A stretch of 57,773 nt of DNA, counting the filler, from Catajapyx aquilonaris (taxonomy: Eukaryota), in NCBI GenBank assembly GCA_000934665.2. It is 4 parts of 4 records of this genome, joined end to end, with 100 filler letters (N's around TTAATTAATTAA, not from the genome) between each part and the next. Parts side by side here need not be neighbours in the genome. Positions count along the whole stretch, not along the records: positions 1 to 14,372 come from JYFJ02007801.1; positions 14,473 to 28,843 come from JYFJ02007802.1; 2 more parts are not named here. One strand, 5' to 3'. The notes below the pieces were generated by a model. It did not search any database, was not told where the DNA came from, and was given only the letters and a program-made list of their open reading frames with translations. Below, one piece after another: positions 14,101-26,364 of this stretch. The position numbers and the translations under genes are program-made. The stretch's first letter is position 1. Every line of letters starts with the position of its first letter.

Positions 14101-14232
14101 ATACATCCACGCCACACTTCCTTCTTCTTCTTCCTCTGCCCTCAACTCCTCCAACTCCTTCCCCCATTTGTCCACATCATTGACGTATACCCCTATAATC
14201 TTCCAAGTCAAACACTTGTCCTTAACTCTTAG
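11050..14232 (-). mobile_element. RTEX-like non-LTR retrotransposon, 5'-truncated, frameshifted ORF2 (11255-14230)
   Basis: EN motifs GDFNGRIG, NGRLEGDREG..TF..SVIDY, SDHQPL. RT motifs KSPGDDG, NYRGISLL, QAGFR, DLKAAFDSV, GVRQGCPLSPLLF, FADD. C-terminal CYLC..E...H....C. 3' stem-loop TAGGTCGGC..GCCGACCTA (11143-11179) and (TGAA)n(TTA)n tail. Clade assignment is from motif recall. Confidence 0.85.
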
Positions 14233-14372
14233 TTAGTGCGGTGGAAAAATTCACTTAACTAGTGCGGTGGGGGACAAATGACCCCCAGACTAAAATTATT
14301 TATTTCTAACTTTGCATTCCAGGATAATAAATTTTTAAAAATAGCATCAGATGCAACACTTCATTAGAAATG

Positions 14373-14472
14373 NNNNNNNNNNNNNNNNNNNNNNNNNNNN
14401 NNNNNNNNNNNNNNNNTTAATTAATTAANNNNNNNNNNNNNNNNNNNNNNNNNNNNNNNNNNNNNNNNNNNN
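14373..14472. other. Assembly gap with TTAATTAATTAA linker
   Basis: N-run/linker/N-run; same pattern at about 28844-28943 and 43311-43410. Confidence 0.95.
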
Positions 14473-15106
14473 CATATATTTTCTTAATGTGTTTTGGCTG
14501 TCACAAAACTGTCAGCTATAACGTAAGAGCCAAAACACATTAAGAAAATATATGAAAACCTACTCCATCTGCTAAATCGTTGCGGCACACCAATGCTTAA
14601 TAAAAATTCGTTAAGAATGTCACAGCAGATGTTCTGGACACGCGCGAAGTACTGTTTATACTTCTACACATTTCACAGTATAACATGACGAACTCGGTAG
14701 ACGACAACGTATGCTACTCCTAGCTGTCATGTGAATTATTGCTCCAATGCAGCAGTGACGCAACATATTCTTGCGAGACGAAGAGATTAGTTGGCATACC
14801 AGTAATTTCGACTGACTAATTTTAGGACGTTGGCGTGAACACACTCTCTGTCTCTGCCTTAGTTTTCCAATAGTTTAAATGCACCCAACAATGAATTTGG
14901 TATCTTGACCCAAAGGCTGTACGGATTTTATTCTGTACACTTTCATATTTTCAGTTTCGATGTGAAATAACTTTTAATCGCAGGAATATGTAAGTAGTCA
15001 ATATTACAATTAGCCCTCCTTACTATGTTTTTAACAAAAAACTTTCCACACGCTTGTGTATTGCACTCTTCCCTATAACCAAACTGCATATAGGCTTATA
15101 CGTATA

Positions 15107-16005
15107 GGGGCGGATTCTCGTGGACTTTACGGGAGGCCCGCAAGTCGCAAACGCCCGTATCGCCCCGGCAACTAAAAAAAACTCCCGAAGTGGAATTATC
15201 GTGTCGCGCTCCCGCAAGGGTTGCGGGAAGGAAAGGCCCGCAAAGATACGGGTGGGTGGCAGCACCTGTAAGTGTGCCTGTAAGTCACCTGTCGCTCTCA
15301 AAAATGGCCGCTTCCCCGACAGCAGCTGTGTGCCCGTAAGGCGGGGATCGAACACGGATAAACACGGCCCAGGGGCCCTTCCACGAGTCCTGGAGTGTCT
15401 TCCATGCGGGCCACAATGGCCTCTTTTTCACGGTCACCCCAGTTCGGCCGGCGAGGGGCGCGGGCGGAACCCGGGGCAGACTTCTTCCCCGGCATCGTCT
15501 TCGCTCTCACCTCGCTAGCAGCAGACATTCCAGATTCGAATAAGGTCCAGATTCGATAAGGTCATTGACCTTAGACTCGATTGCCTACTGCACACTCTCG
15601 CGACGTTTGCCCGAACTCCCTACCTAAATCATAGGGGCCTGGCCTAATTAAGTAAAAAAAAACCGAATTCGAATGCCGGTGGTACGATCCAAAGCTTGGT
15701 ACGATCGGTGGCAGTCCTCGCTGTTCTTTTCTCAATAGCGTTTAATCCCGTCGCTGTCCATTGTACGGCGGTGGGAATGCACCCTTTTCTCCACTGCCAT
15801 TGGCTCCTGTCCGTTTCCGGTGGGCGGAGCTCCAAGAACCCCCGTATCTCCCCCCTACTTTCAATTCTTTCTTGTAAGGACTTACAGGCTACCACATTTA
15901 TTCCACTTTTTCGGGGTCCCGCATCCGTCGCCATCTTGGACGGACTTGCGGGACCGCATCTCCTGCAGGCCCGCAGACTTACAGGAGTCCACGAGAATCC
16001 GCCCC
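15107..16005. mobile_element. Harbinger-like MITE
   Basis: Perfect 20-bp TIR GGGGCGGATTCTCGTGGACT; 3-bp ATA duplicated on both sides. Confidence 0.8.
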
Positions 16006-16089
16006 ATAGTATGGAACGCTCCCTTGTAAAATGAACGGCCTGAAACTGTAATACAGTATTAGACTATAAGAAGAAAATAAACATGGTAC

Positions 16090-17139
16090 CATATAAGTTG
16101 TTCTAAGTTGTAATCCGTTTCCCAAAAGGTAGCAAAGTAGAAGGACGGAGGTGTAGACAAGAAAAGTTCCGTAGGTGATGGTGGCGAACATCTGAGCGTC
16201 GGCTTGGGTGAGATGCATCTGGAGACCTTGGTAGGCGATATTGGCTGATGTGTCTGGATGCGATACGCTAAGCTGTCGCAAGTTTTCCAGCTTTTGCTCG
16301 TCCAGTCTGATCGGTTGGACTGCATCTCCACTGACACCCAGGATGGATAGCCTGGGCCCATACCGATACACGCAAATGCAAGCTATAGCAAAAACCTGAA
16401 ACAGCAAGGAGTAAGGAGCTATAATGATGCGCTGCAATATGCTAAAGGGTCGCTGACACAGTGCACTGTCAGTCAGTGATGTGATGGTTATTGCTCTGCA
16501 TAGGTATGCTTCAGAGTATTAAAATATGGGTGCCAATATTATCGATAAATTGACAAAATATATTTTTAAATATTTCCTAAAACGAATAATTTATTAGCCT
16601 GTAGCGTTTCTCGAACATGGCCTATGTACAAATTCAGTAACCACAGATATCAGCACGGGGTATATTAATTTATTCTGTTGTTATTGATAACAATTTCGTC
16701 CATCAATGTTTTTATACACAAATATTCATTGCGCATGGCGGAACCGATGCTTTACAATTCGTGCACAATACTCTGTGGTGCTGACCTGACAAAATAAATT
16801 GCCAAAATTATCCACACGGAATATTAGCACCTGGTTTAACCTGCATGATAAGGCCTGCTGGACTACCGCTGAATCATTGGCTCAACCGTGGAGACCCAAC
16901 GGAAAAGTTTAAATCGTAAGCATCGGTCACGCAATGCAGAAGTATAATTATGGTTGAATAACAAACAGGGTGTTCCATGTGTCAGAGGCGCTTTTAGTTA
17001 TCGCCGTGGTTATCGCTAATGTAGCTCGAAATAAGTTTTTGTGTAGCTTGTTGCGCCCCTATATATATATAATATATATAATATATATAAAATATATATA
17101 ATATATAATATATATATATATAAATAAAATTTATACACC

Positions 17140-17179
<40 letters not shown>

Positions 17180-18469
17180 GTATATATATCCCAATTACTT
17201 CCTGGAGGTCGGATACAGTATGCGTAGAACGGTAGAAGTTTACATACTGTAAACTGAATAGGACGAAACTTTCCATAACTACCCGCATACTTGGAACACC
17301 CTGTATACACTATACGTGTACTATCGGGTTCAAATACTTTTGGCCACTCAGTGGCCACTTCATCCTGGTCTTGAAGCAACCCTTCACACACAAATATCTC
17401 CTTAACGTGGGGTCTGTGCGAAGGGTCGCTTCAAGACCAGGATAAAGTGGCCAAAAGTATTTGAACCCGATTGTATTACATCAAATTTTGTCGTATACAG
17501 TCGAATCCGGATATAACAGACTTCAAGTGACCGCGGAAAACAGTGTGTTTGTAAGATATTGTTTCGTCGAAGGAGGTGAATGTGGTATAATAAGAGTGAT
17601 TCGACAATGGTGGGTTCCATAGGCATATAAGTTCAAATATACCCTATATATTTACCAATCCCCCCTCCCCCCCCCACACACAAAGAAAATGTAGGCTACT
17701 GTAAGTTACTATGTCCATGTCACTCTTCCAAATTATGACACATCACTAATACACTGGAAATCCGCGACACTTGTATAGGCATACTACTATAGCTATATGG
17801 AGGGAAAGGTAGGGCTGTGTAGATTTACTTTTACAAACTAAACTAGTAAAAGAGTGGCAAATAACAGTGTAAGAAGAAGGGGAACGAGCATGTGAATTCT
17901 GCACCATTGGGAGCTACAATTTCATTTCATTATTATCAATGTAATCCATTGGGACAGTAACAAGGAACAACGAAACCCGTCCTTCAGTGTTAAATTGATT
18001 TTTTGGACTCAGTGCATGGTTCCCAAGGACATCAAACGATGCGAAAAACAACGAAAAGTAAAAAAAAAGCGCAGTATATTAACAATTTAGAATTTTATAC
18101 GCTAATGGAACTACCCCCAGTCCCCAAGTGTCATCAAAAACTAGATACGGCAAATATGCAACCCTGACGCACGTTTTGCACATTCATTTTCACCATGGAA
18201 ACCGCACGAACGCAAGTTCCTGAGTACCATCTCCCCAAACATAACTCACGTTCTTTACGTATTGTTTGGGGAAAATATTTGAACTATTACAACATGACCT
18301 CCTTTGACTGAACAAACGTCACCCTAAGATAGCGCTCTGGCAACTTGGCATCAATGCATGTGGCACCGGTCCCCTACCAACCACCCTCAGTTTATGCAGC
18401 ACACGGTGGGTTAATTATCAGGCATGCACCGTTAACCGTTACAAATACAGTATCATCCTTCTGTGACCC

Positions 18470-18500
<31 letters not shown>

Positions 18501-18541
18501 CTCACCAACTGAATTGTTTTCAGGACACTCTGACCCTTCAT
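16090..18541 (-). CDS. Snakeskin-like four-TM protein, copy B; exons 18541-18506 and 16395-16090; last exon not found
   Basis: Exon 1 ATG..TTG|GTGAG encodes MKGQSVLKTIQL. Exon 2 TTTCAG|GTT..ATG|GTACC (306 bp, phase 0) encodes VFAIACICVYRYGPRLSILGVSG..ADAQMFATITYGTFLVYTSVLLLCYLLG. This resembles recalled Drosophila Ssk (IKALKL..LYRWG..FLGIGG..ADAEIVASG..GFLIYT). Confidence 0.7.
17321..17473. mobile_element. Short palindromic TA-flanked MITE in an intron
   Basis: ATCGGGTTCAAATACTTTTGGCCACT and ATCCTGGTCTTGAAGC are mirrored at the other end; TA on both sides. Confidence 0.7.
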
Positions 18542-20376
18542 GCCGGCACTGAAAGCAGGTCACTATATCAGGTGTCCGCTTTCACTTGTTGTGATGGCCA
18601 CTGGTATTGTAGTGCGGACGTTTTGATGGAGACGTCATGCGAGCGAGGAGCACGGTGTAGTGTAGTGAGTGCGTTGATCTAGTGACGTCACATGTTTGTA
18701 TCCTCCCGCAGCGGAGTGGTTGCGTTGTCCTTGATTGTGCGTGTGACGTTTTTACCTGGCAGCTCTCTTCCCAGGGCCCCGCCTAGCAGGTGGTTGTTTC
18801 GGAAACATTTCTAGAATTTCGTTTCGTTTCGGATTTGCTCTGTGATAGGCCTATAAGGATTTGATCTGTGATGTCGGCCGGAGTTGATTTCCTTCATATT
18901 GAACATGATGCATGTATTCAAAATGAATTAACAATAATAAATATTGTTGTAGTTCCTTCCCTCTCTCACCCTTGGCTTTGAAGATACTGTATGAGTCCGC
19001 CTGCTAGTCTTTATCTGTTTAGGTTTTGTTATACTGTATCTAAACCCACTTACCATGGAACAGGACGAAGTTCAGCAGAACGGAGTTTGTCATGCTTGTG
19101 CTAATGTAGGCTATCCCAGTGTTCACTTTGAGAAAAAAATATTGTGTTCGGACAGATTGCACACATCACGTCAGCTGAAAAACAACTGCATAAAGGACAA
19201 GATGGGCATTTGGATGTGTGCACATGCTTGAAATGATGACAACAAAATATTATTCCAAAGCCAAAATTGATGTTAGTTGCCTAGAATTTGCTCGGAACTA
19301 CACACTCTACATCGTTTGTGACTGATTTGTGCCTGATTGTGAGGTGTTACTATGTCACGCAATTACTTTTTGGTGACGCTGACGTTCCCAAGTGAATAAT
19401 ATCCTGCCCTATACGCCACCCCCAAACCACCAGTGATAGGTCAGTCACCTACCAGAAGGATATTTTGTACGTTCCAAATGTGTGACGGCACCAAAACATT
19501 ATTTCCAGCAGTGCAAGCTCCTGATGACTGCTTCCGGTCAAAATGTTCTCCTTTTTATTATGTAAAGGCACGGACTCTTGTTATTATTTTATAAGAGATG
19601 TTTATTGTGGTATTTATGAAAGGAAAAGTTATAACATTAAAAAAAAAAATTTGCGTAAAAGGTCAAAGACTACCCGACGGGTTAGGCACTCATATTTAAA
19701 GAGTAAAACTGATTACAGCATTACTCGTGATTACACGTATTCATTTATCATAAAGAAGCATTGGAGCCGACCCTCATGATTAATTTCCTATTGTATGACA
19801 GGTAGCCTATACCAGCCTATAAGTATAGGGCGTACGTGAAACTACATATAAGAAAGGCATTTTTATATGAACCTATACAGTATTTGCAATTGAAATGCCA
19901 GAGAAACTAATTGGAAGAAATATGTTATATTTCATAATAAATTACGAGATATGAGAATAATTTTTTATTAATCATGATAGCCACCTGTGACCTGTGACCC
20001 ACTGTTCCTCCTCATCTCCGCCAATCCTCGACTCCAACACTTGATGAGATAGGTAACGTCTAGAGTGACATTATAGCAGTAGACTTCACCTAACATCTCT
20101 GGTTTGATCTGCGTCTCTGACAATCCAAGCGCTGCTCTCCCTTGAGACGGACCAATTGCGTTCTGAATTAGCACACGTGGAGGACAAACTGCACTTTTTT
20201 GAGCAAATAATTTTCCGGAGCTTATAAAATACGATATTTGACATATCAGTTGAACAGATATGATTATCGCATGTTGTAGAGCTTCTTTTTTTTTGATGAT
20301 CTTCACGCCATCTCTAACTCAGTTTTGAACTCGAGTTTCACATGTCTGATGCCCAGAGCCCAGTGAGCGGTCACTT

Positions 20377-20723
20377 CCCCCCTTTTTGTGTGCACCTTTA
20401 GCTGATCTCCACCACCGATGGGGATTGCCACGTCGGCGCTGCAGTCTCGGACTCCAAGAAGGTGGCTCCTTACCTAGCGGTCAATTCTGAACCATTTCGG
20501 ACGAGTCCGATTGGCTGGAGCACGGGCTGGAGTATAGTGCACGCCTCCTGTACTGCTCCCGACTGCTCCACAGGAGGTCTTAACTGCTACAGCCAATCGG
20601 AGTCGAGCAAAAGGGTTCAGAATTTCCCGCTAGGTAAGGCGCCAACATCTTGGAGTCCGAAACTGCAGCGCCTGCGTGGCAAACCCTCTCGGATGTGGAG
20701 ATGAGCTAAGGTGCACAGGGGGA
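20377..20723. mobile_element. Palindromic MITE
   Basis: GTGCACCTTTAGCTGATCTCCAC..TTGCCACG mirrored by CGTGGCAA..GTGGAGATGAGCTAAGGTGCAC. Confidence 0.6.
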
Positions 20724-21003
20724 GCAACGAATAAGGCGGTATAAGGTCTATAAGGTATAGCTATATAAGGTATAAGTGTCCGGGGGCTGTGTCTGCCCAT
20801 TATGACAGAGCACTATTGACCGTTATAAAGTATGTCAAAAAAGGTTTTGACCAGGCTGTCTAATATATTTTTATAGAATTGCTATTTTGACAGAATGATA
20901 GTTGCCTGAGTAACTCACGTAACTTATTATCAGTGGGGGCACAAAGTCGTTGCAAAGTGTAAGCAGCTATAAGTTATAATATTGCATATTTTTATTATTG
21001 GTA

Positions 21004-21277
21004 CTAGCAGGATACCCCGCGTTGCTCGGGTTATGAAATACTTTTCCATAGGAGTAACCAAAGAGTTCTGATATAATATATAATATACCTAGAGGAAGTA
21101 CTCCCTATCCTTTCCTATTAGCCAGGCAGCCACCAACTTTACTCAGGTAATATTGTTGTTCTAACAGTTGTCTAGCAACTGGGACAACAATTAGTCCAAT
21201 AATGTCATCTTTACTCAGGTAATATTGTTGCTTGCCTCACATTTCACCCCGAGTGCTCTCTCTAGCTTTATTATATA
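21004..21277 (-). mobile_element. Non-autonomous Helitron (short)
   Basis: 3' hairpin CCCGAGCAACGCGGG followed by CTAG|T at 21004; 5'-like TATATAATAAAGCTAG at the other end. Confidence 0.65.
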
Positions 21278-21740
21278 CTAGCTGAGGCACCCGGCGTTGC
21301 CCGGGAAGAAATGATTGAAGGGAAAACACCTGCCAGTAGCCCCTTCAACTGTCTGTCTTTCTGTGTGTCCGGCCACTAATGCCATCTGTGTTCTGTGGTC
21401 CTGCTACTCCAAGACCTTCAACCTCTCCCGCCTGTGTAACGGCAACCGACATTTTGCCTGCCATCTGTAAGTCAACCCCCAACACCTCCATCCTCTATCG
21501 GCCTGGGGGTGGAGCACAGATGGCAGGAAAATGACGGTTGGCAGGCGGACAGACAGACAGACAGACTCACAAACGGATTTATTTATACAGATTGCAACAA
21601 CATCGACAGAAGAATAGTCCATGTCTGTTGAGTAGTGGAAAGCGGCATTTAGGAGACGGGTTGATGATAATGGAGCTAATCTACGGCTGATGGCCGCGTT
21701 TCTCGTATATGAGAAACGCGGCCATCATGTATGTATTAGA
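21278..21740 (-). mobile_element. Non-autonomous Helitron with (GACA)n and a piece of Rep coding sequence
   Basis: A|TC 5' end at 21740; 3' hairpin CCCGGGCAACGCCGGG then CTAG|T at 21278; 21590-21700 matches the Helitron at 42255-42810. Confidence 0.8.
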
Positions 21741-23195
21741 TAAGATAGTATGAGTAATTTTGGACCAAAGATGGCGTCCACCGTAGGACCGGAGTGACCC
21801 AACCCTCCAAAATGTAAAATGATGTGTGAATATTCATGTTATGAACTCCTCTGCCATCTGCTGGTTGGGTATGGCAGCTTAGAGACGTATAGTTTGCGTC
21901 CCGTCCACCAGGCGGCTTTCCTGCCTTTCGCCTCTATAACGGCCAAGGATGACCTCAGAGGTCAAGTCCAATGTGCTAAAAACCGTCCTCGTTAAAAACT
22001 ACCCTTAATTATCCCCCTGGGGCATACGTCGAGGCCTCATCTCCATATTGATTTGATTCGGTACCGGTAACATAAGTTGTGAAAATAATACTCGTATGTA
22101 TTAGATAACGTCTTGATAACGTATAGGAAAAAGATGTTTACAAGACAATTTTGAAGCGAGGTTACGTCATCCTATTTGCTTCTAAAGGAAAAAAAAAGGA
22201 CTGTCAATGAGCCATTCACGGTCTACAGGGCGAGTCAGAACTGCAGGGCATCCTCTCACCACGCTATCGTCAGCCCAAGACAATAAATCTAAATTATATG
22301 GGAGTAAAAGTCAAAAACCTAACCATTAGGGACGTGGACGACTATCAAGATTGGCCTACATAAAGACCTATTTAAAACATTCTTTTCCGCCTCCTCAACG
22401 GCTTCATTATATAAGTAAAAGTGTTGAATTTTGGGGTGGCATATAATGTGGCACTTGTGTAAATGTAAAAACTATTAACTTCTAAATAGCTCATTTTAGT
22501 GGCAAAATATAGTACACTGTTACTTCACAAATATTTAGAGCCTTTACAGTATAGTTGTCAGAAGGAGTGAGAGCGGAAATAATTAGCAATGACGTCTCGT
22601 ATAGTTTTCAAGAGAACGCTATAAACTTTGGTCTGTGAGCGTCATAAAGCGGCCGGAGTCTACTTGTTGTGTAGCAATAAACCTGCGATTCTGATAAGGC
22701 GCAAGGTTTCAGCATAAAATATAGCAATGCTTAAGGGATCAGCAAACATTAGGAGTGAATGAGGGTCACTAAGAAAGGCGCTGACTTACAAGATGAAAAA
22801 TCCGCAGTTGTAAAATACATATATTATCAGCTAGCCACGTGAGGTCGACATCTGACGTGAACATGACCCATTTATAAAACAAATCTGTCTAGTCGCAAAG
22901 GAAATAATTGAGGTAACTGTAAACTCGAAGCCTAAAAGCGTCAGACATTGAGAAACTGCTCCATGCTGTAAAAGAATTAACCTATACTGGCTTCGTGTGA
23001 CGGCATTCACTTTTAGCATAGATGGGTGATGTGCCTAACGCTCTTTGCTTATGAACTATTAACACAAGAGTGGATTTTGCCTCTTATATACCTCGTGTCA
23101 GCACTCGTTCTAGGTCAGCATGAAAATCACAAAAACTGAAAGGTTTTTTTTGACGTGTATGGGATTTTATAAGTCTCATGCATATGCAACATAAG

Positions 23196-24660
23196 TCATT
23201 GCAAAACATCAGTCTCCTTCGAGCCGTTGCCAAATTTCATTATCATGATGTGAAAGAAATCTGCAAAGTATACGATTGCTGAACAAATAGAAATAATCCC
23301 AAGGCCCATTCCTTGTCCGTAGTCGATATCTGACAGATTTCCCAATATAGCGCTGTCAATTCCCATTTGGTAGTTCCTCAGGATTTCGATTCCAATGGCC
23401 ATGTACATGATGCAAGCCAACAGGCTTAAAATCCACACCTGGGGAATCAGGACCATTTGGTGATTAGTAAATTCAATTTTTTAAATCAAGTCAAACTTCA
23501 ATCTGAACGATTCTTGGCCTGTATGATACATTTGCATACATTTTTGAAACACATAATAATTGAAACACAGAAACTATCCGGCGGAAACTATAGCAAATGA
23601 GACGTGATGTTATCCATCAGCCATCCTCAATCGCAATGTTGGTGCTTTTTCTGAAGGGCCCTGACTCATACTTCTTCGAGGAACAATACTATTGTTCCTC
23701 GAAGAAGTATGAGAAGTATGAGGAGATGTGATGATCACATCTCCTCTAAATTCTATTTGCTTCAGTTACAGTACTGGTACTTGCCTTATCGAGATTTTAT
23801 AGATGATGTAACTTCACGACTTGAGAACATGGGTCACTTTCGTGACTGCTGGTATAGGAAAGTGTTATTCGTCTGCACAATGTGAACTGATGGACAAAAT
23901 GTGTTAATAATACTGATCGGATAATATTATTCTCAAAAAGGTGGTGACTCCATTATGCTATAGGAGTGACCTTCGTACTGTCCAAGGGTATCAATTCGGT
24001 CTGTACCTTATTATCAGGGATGCATATCACTATCGCAATGATTTCGTTATGTTTAACTTGCAATGTGTCAGTTGTCGGGAGTTTCTAGGGAACACTCATT
24101 CTTTATGATGATACCACAAAATGAAATCAGGAGACCATAATTATATGCATTGCATATTCTTGAAAATCATTTCCTGCTAGAAGTATTACATGGCGAGTTG
24201 GAAGTATGATAATGGAATGAATCTATACCCTATAGGAGTATAGGTACAGAACTAACCCAGATATATGAAGCCCGTTTTAGATATTTTCTTAACTTTTTGA
24301 GTGCAATTTTGAGGAGTAGGCCTACCTATTTTAAAACGCGCATACAGAAAGAATGATGTCATAATGAATGGGCTAGCTTACTGAACTGCTACACCTTACT
24401 AAGCACTAGAGATCGTTCAGATTTAGTACAAATATTAGAATGAAAAAGTGGCTCAGGTCAGCACCTACCAATGAAGTCTTTCCCATCTCCACGCCTTCTC
24501 TCAGGAGATAGCAGAGAAACATGACCGTACTGGTAATTGTGAATGCACCGTAAGTGATCTGGCCTAAATACCTGAAGTTCATATCTTCGGTCAATGGAAA
24601 TGCTTGGCTGGCGTTGTCCAAGCTACATCTCCATGTCACCAAGCAAGCAATGCTGCAAAT
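23196..24660 (-). CDS. Snakeskin-like four-TM protein, copy A; exons 24660-24469 and 23438-23196; first exon not located
   Basis: Exon TTCAG|ATT..TTG|GTAGG (192 bp) joins in phase 0 to exon CCCCAG|GTG..TGA (243 bp). QITYGAFTITSTVMFLCYLL aligns with copy B. LLACIMYMAIG..GMGLGIISICSAIVYFAD resembles recalled Ssk TM3/TM4 (VGCIMWIAVG..GIAMGSLCVIEGALYLLD). Confidence 0.75.
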
Positions 24661-25792
24661 CTGAACCAAATAATAAAAAGATAAACATTATGTTCTATGT
24701 GCTCTGTTTTCCAGAAATAAAGCATTAAAACCAATAATATCATACACACTCTTGCACATAGTGCTAATTTCGTATTTGAAGGGTTATATCGCGACAATAT
24801 GAGTTACACAATGCTATGAATGCAGATTGTTTCTATGTCCAACTGGACGCTCACAGTATATAGCGGGGACGTGGAAGAGTTGATGGATTTATTCACTCCT
24901 GACTATGTAAATCAAGTTGGCGGCATGCACTAAATTGGAATTATTCGAATGGAGAGGATCAGAAGCGACTAATAATTTTCCATGAGATTTATTTGGAGGT
25001 TTGCAATTAAGATTTTACAAGACCATTTACAAGCCAATGTTCCAGGAAAATTAATTGCCAGTAAAATATTAAAGTCAGAATTGAAGTTGTATAATTGGAA
25101 AAAAAGCATTACAACAGACATTGGAGTACATTATTTGCTGACACTTACCATTTCCATAAACTTGAAGGACGTTTCTGTGAATCTGACAGCCATCGTGATG
25201 AACCAAAAAGGAGAAGTTATTGGCCTTATCCAGATTCTACGCTCATTGTGTGTGGCAAGGGAATGTACAGAATGCAATGGAGAAGAAAGCCACCAAGTCA
25301 GAGGTATAAAAGTCATTAATCTTATCTGGTTTTCTATTTTATGGTGGCTTTAATTCGTTTGGCAATGGGCCATCCACAAGATATACTGTATATGCCATGC
25401 TGATTTTCGTCGCACCTACGAATTTATACGATGTGTGGAACGATATGATGTTTTTAAAAATCATATTTAGGCATTCCGTACGCTGGTTCTTCTCGCTGGC
25501 CTGTGGGTGTTCTGGTCGTTTGGAGGAGAATATTATAGTCACTTGGAGGAATTTAACAGTTGCTGATTCCTCTTCCAGGGGGGGCACTTGATTTCTCAAA
25601 GTACCGGGTTGCATAGTGTAATATTTGGGTTTAATATTGAGTGTTTGTCGTCTGGGATGGGCGGGGGTGGGGGGCGGGACGGGTTGTTTATATAGGTTTA
25701 GTTTTACAAGTTTTAATTTAGTTCATATTTTGGGTTAGCTTGCGTGGCTCCCGTCATCGCTGACTACCCCTTATAGGGAAATGTCGTGATGG

Positions 25793-25847
<55 letters not shown>

Positions 25848-26116
25848 ATTTAGGCAAATATACGTGGCTATATTTTTAAAATACATGCCACGATATACGT
25901 ATACCTGTGTTAAATGGGTGCTGCACACATTTATTTGCGAATTGACTTGTAATTAAAGTGAAGTGGGCAAGTCCATGCCACTTTTTTGGAAAGCTGAACT
26001 TTCAGTGTTCACTCCAGAAAAGGTGGTATTTGATTGTAATAGCATGTTAAACATTATGTGCCAATGAAGCATTTACATGCCATTCTCTTTTCGGAATATA
26101 CTGCAGGATATTAATT

Positions 26117-26364
26117 GAAGACCTCGGGGGAAGAACGATCAAAGTCCACTTTTTGTCAAAAATGAGTTAGGCCTATATATCTCAGAAGATAGTTTCACTA
26201 GTGTATAGAATATGATGGTTTGGTCGTGATTGTCGAGTAATGATCGTAGGTCACAATGGAAGGCCCCAAAAGTAGGATTTATGCTACAATATGACCTTAT
26301 AAGCCTTCGAAATATCTCAGTTTCACATGAGGTGGACCTTAATCGTTATTCTTCCGAGGTCTTC
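26117..26364. mobile_element. Short MITE, possibly Sola-like
   Basis: TIR GAAGACCTCGG..GAAGAA..CGAT..GTCCAC at both ends; flanks AATT / AAAT. Confidence 0.55.

Noticed and set aside
14417..14428. TTAATTAATTAA motif recurring three times
   Set aside because: It is always centred in N-runs, so it is an artificial scaffolding linker.
15020..16040. Third exon of Ssk-like copy B after TTTCAG at about 16040
   Set aside because: With the MITE removed it reads AVHFTRERSILYV*, with no TM3/TM4 similarity; the real exon may be in the gap or lost.
19150..19340. piggyBac Cys-rich C-terminal remnant (HKRCRVC..CPSCPLC, minus strand)
   Set aside because: Too short and broken; no catalytic domain or TIRs found.
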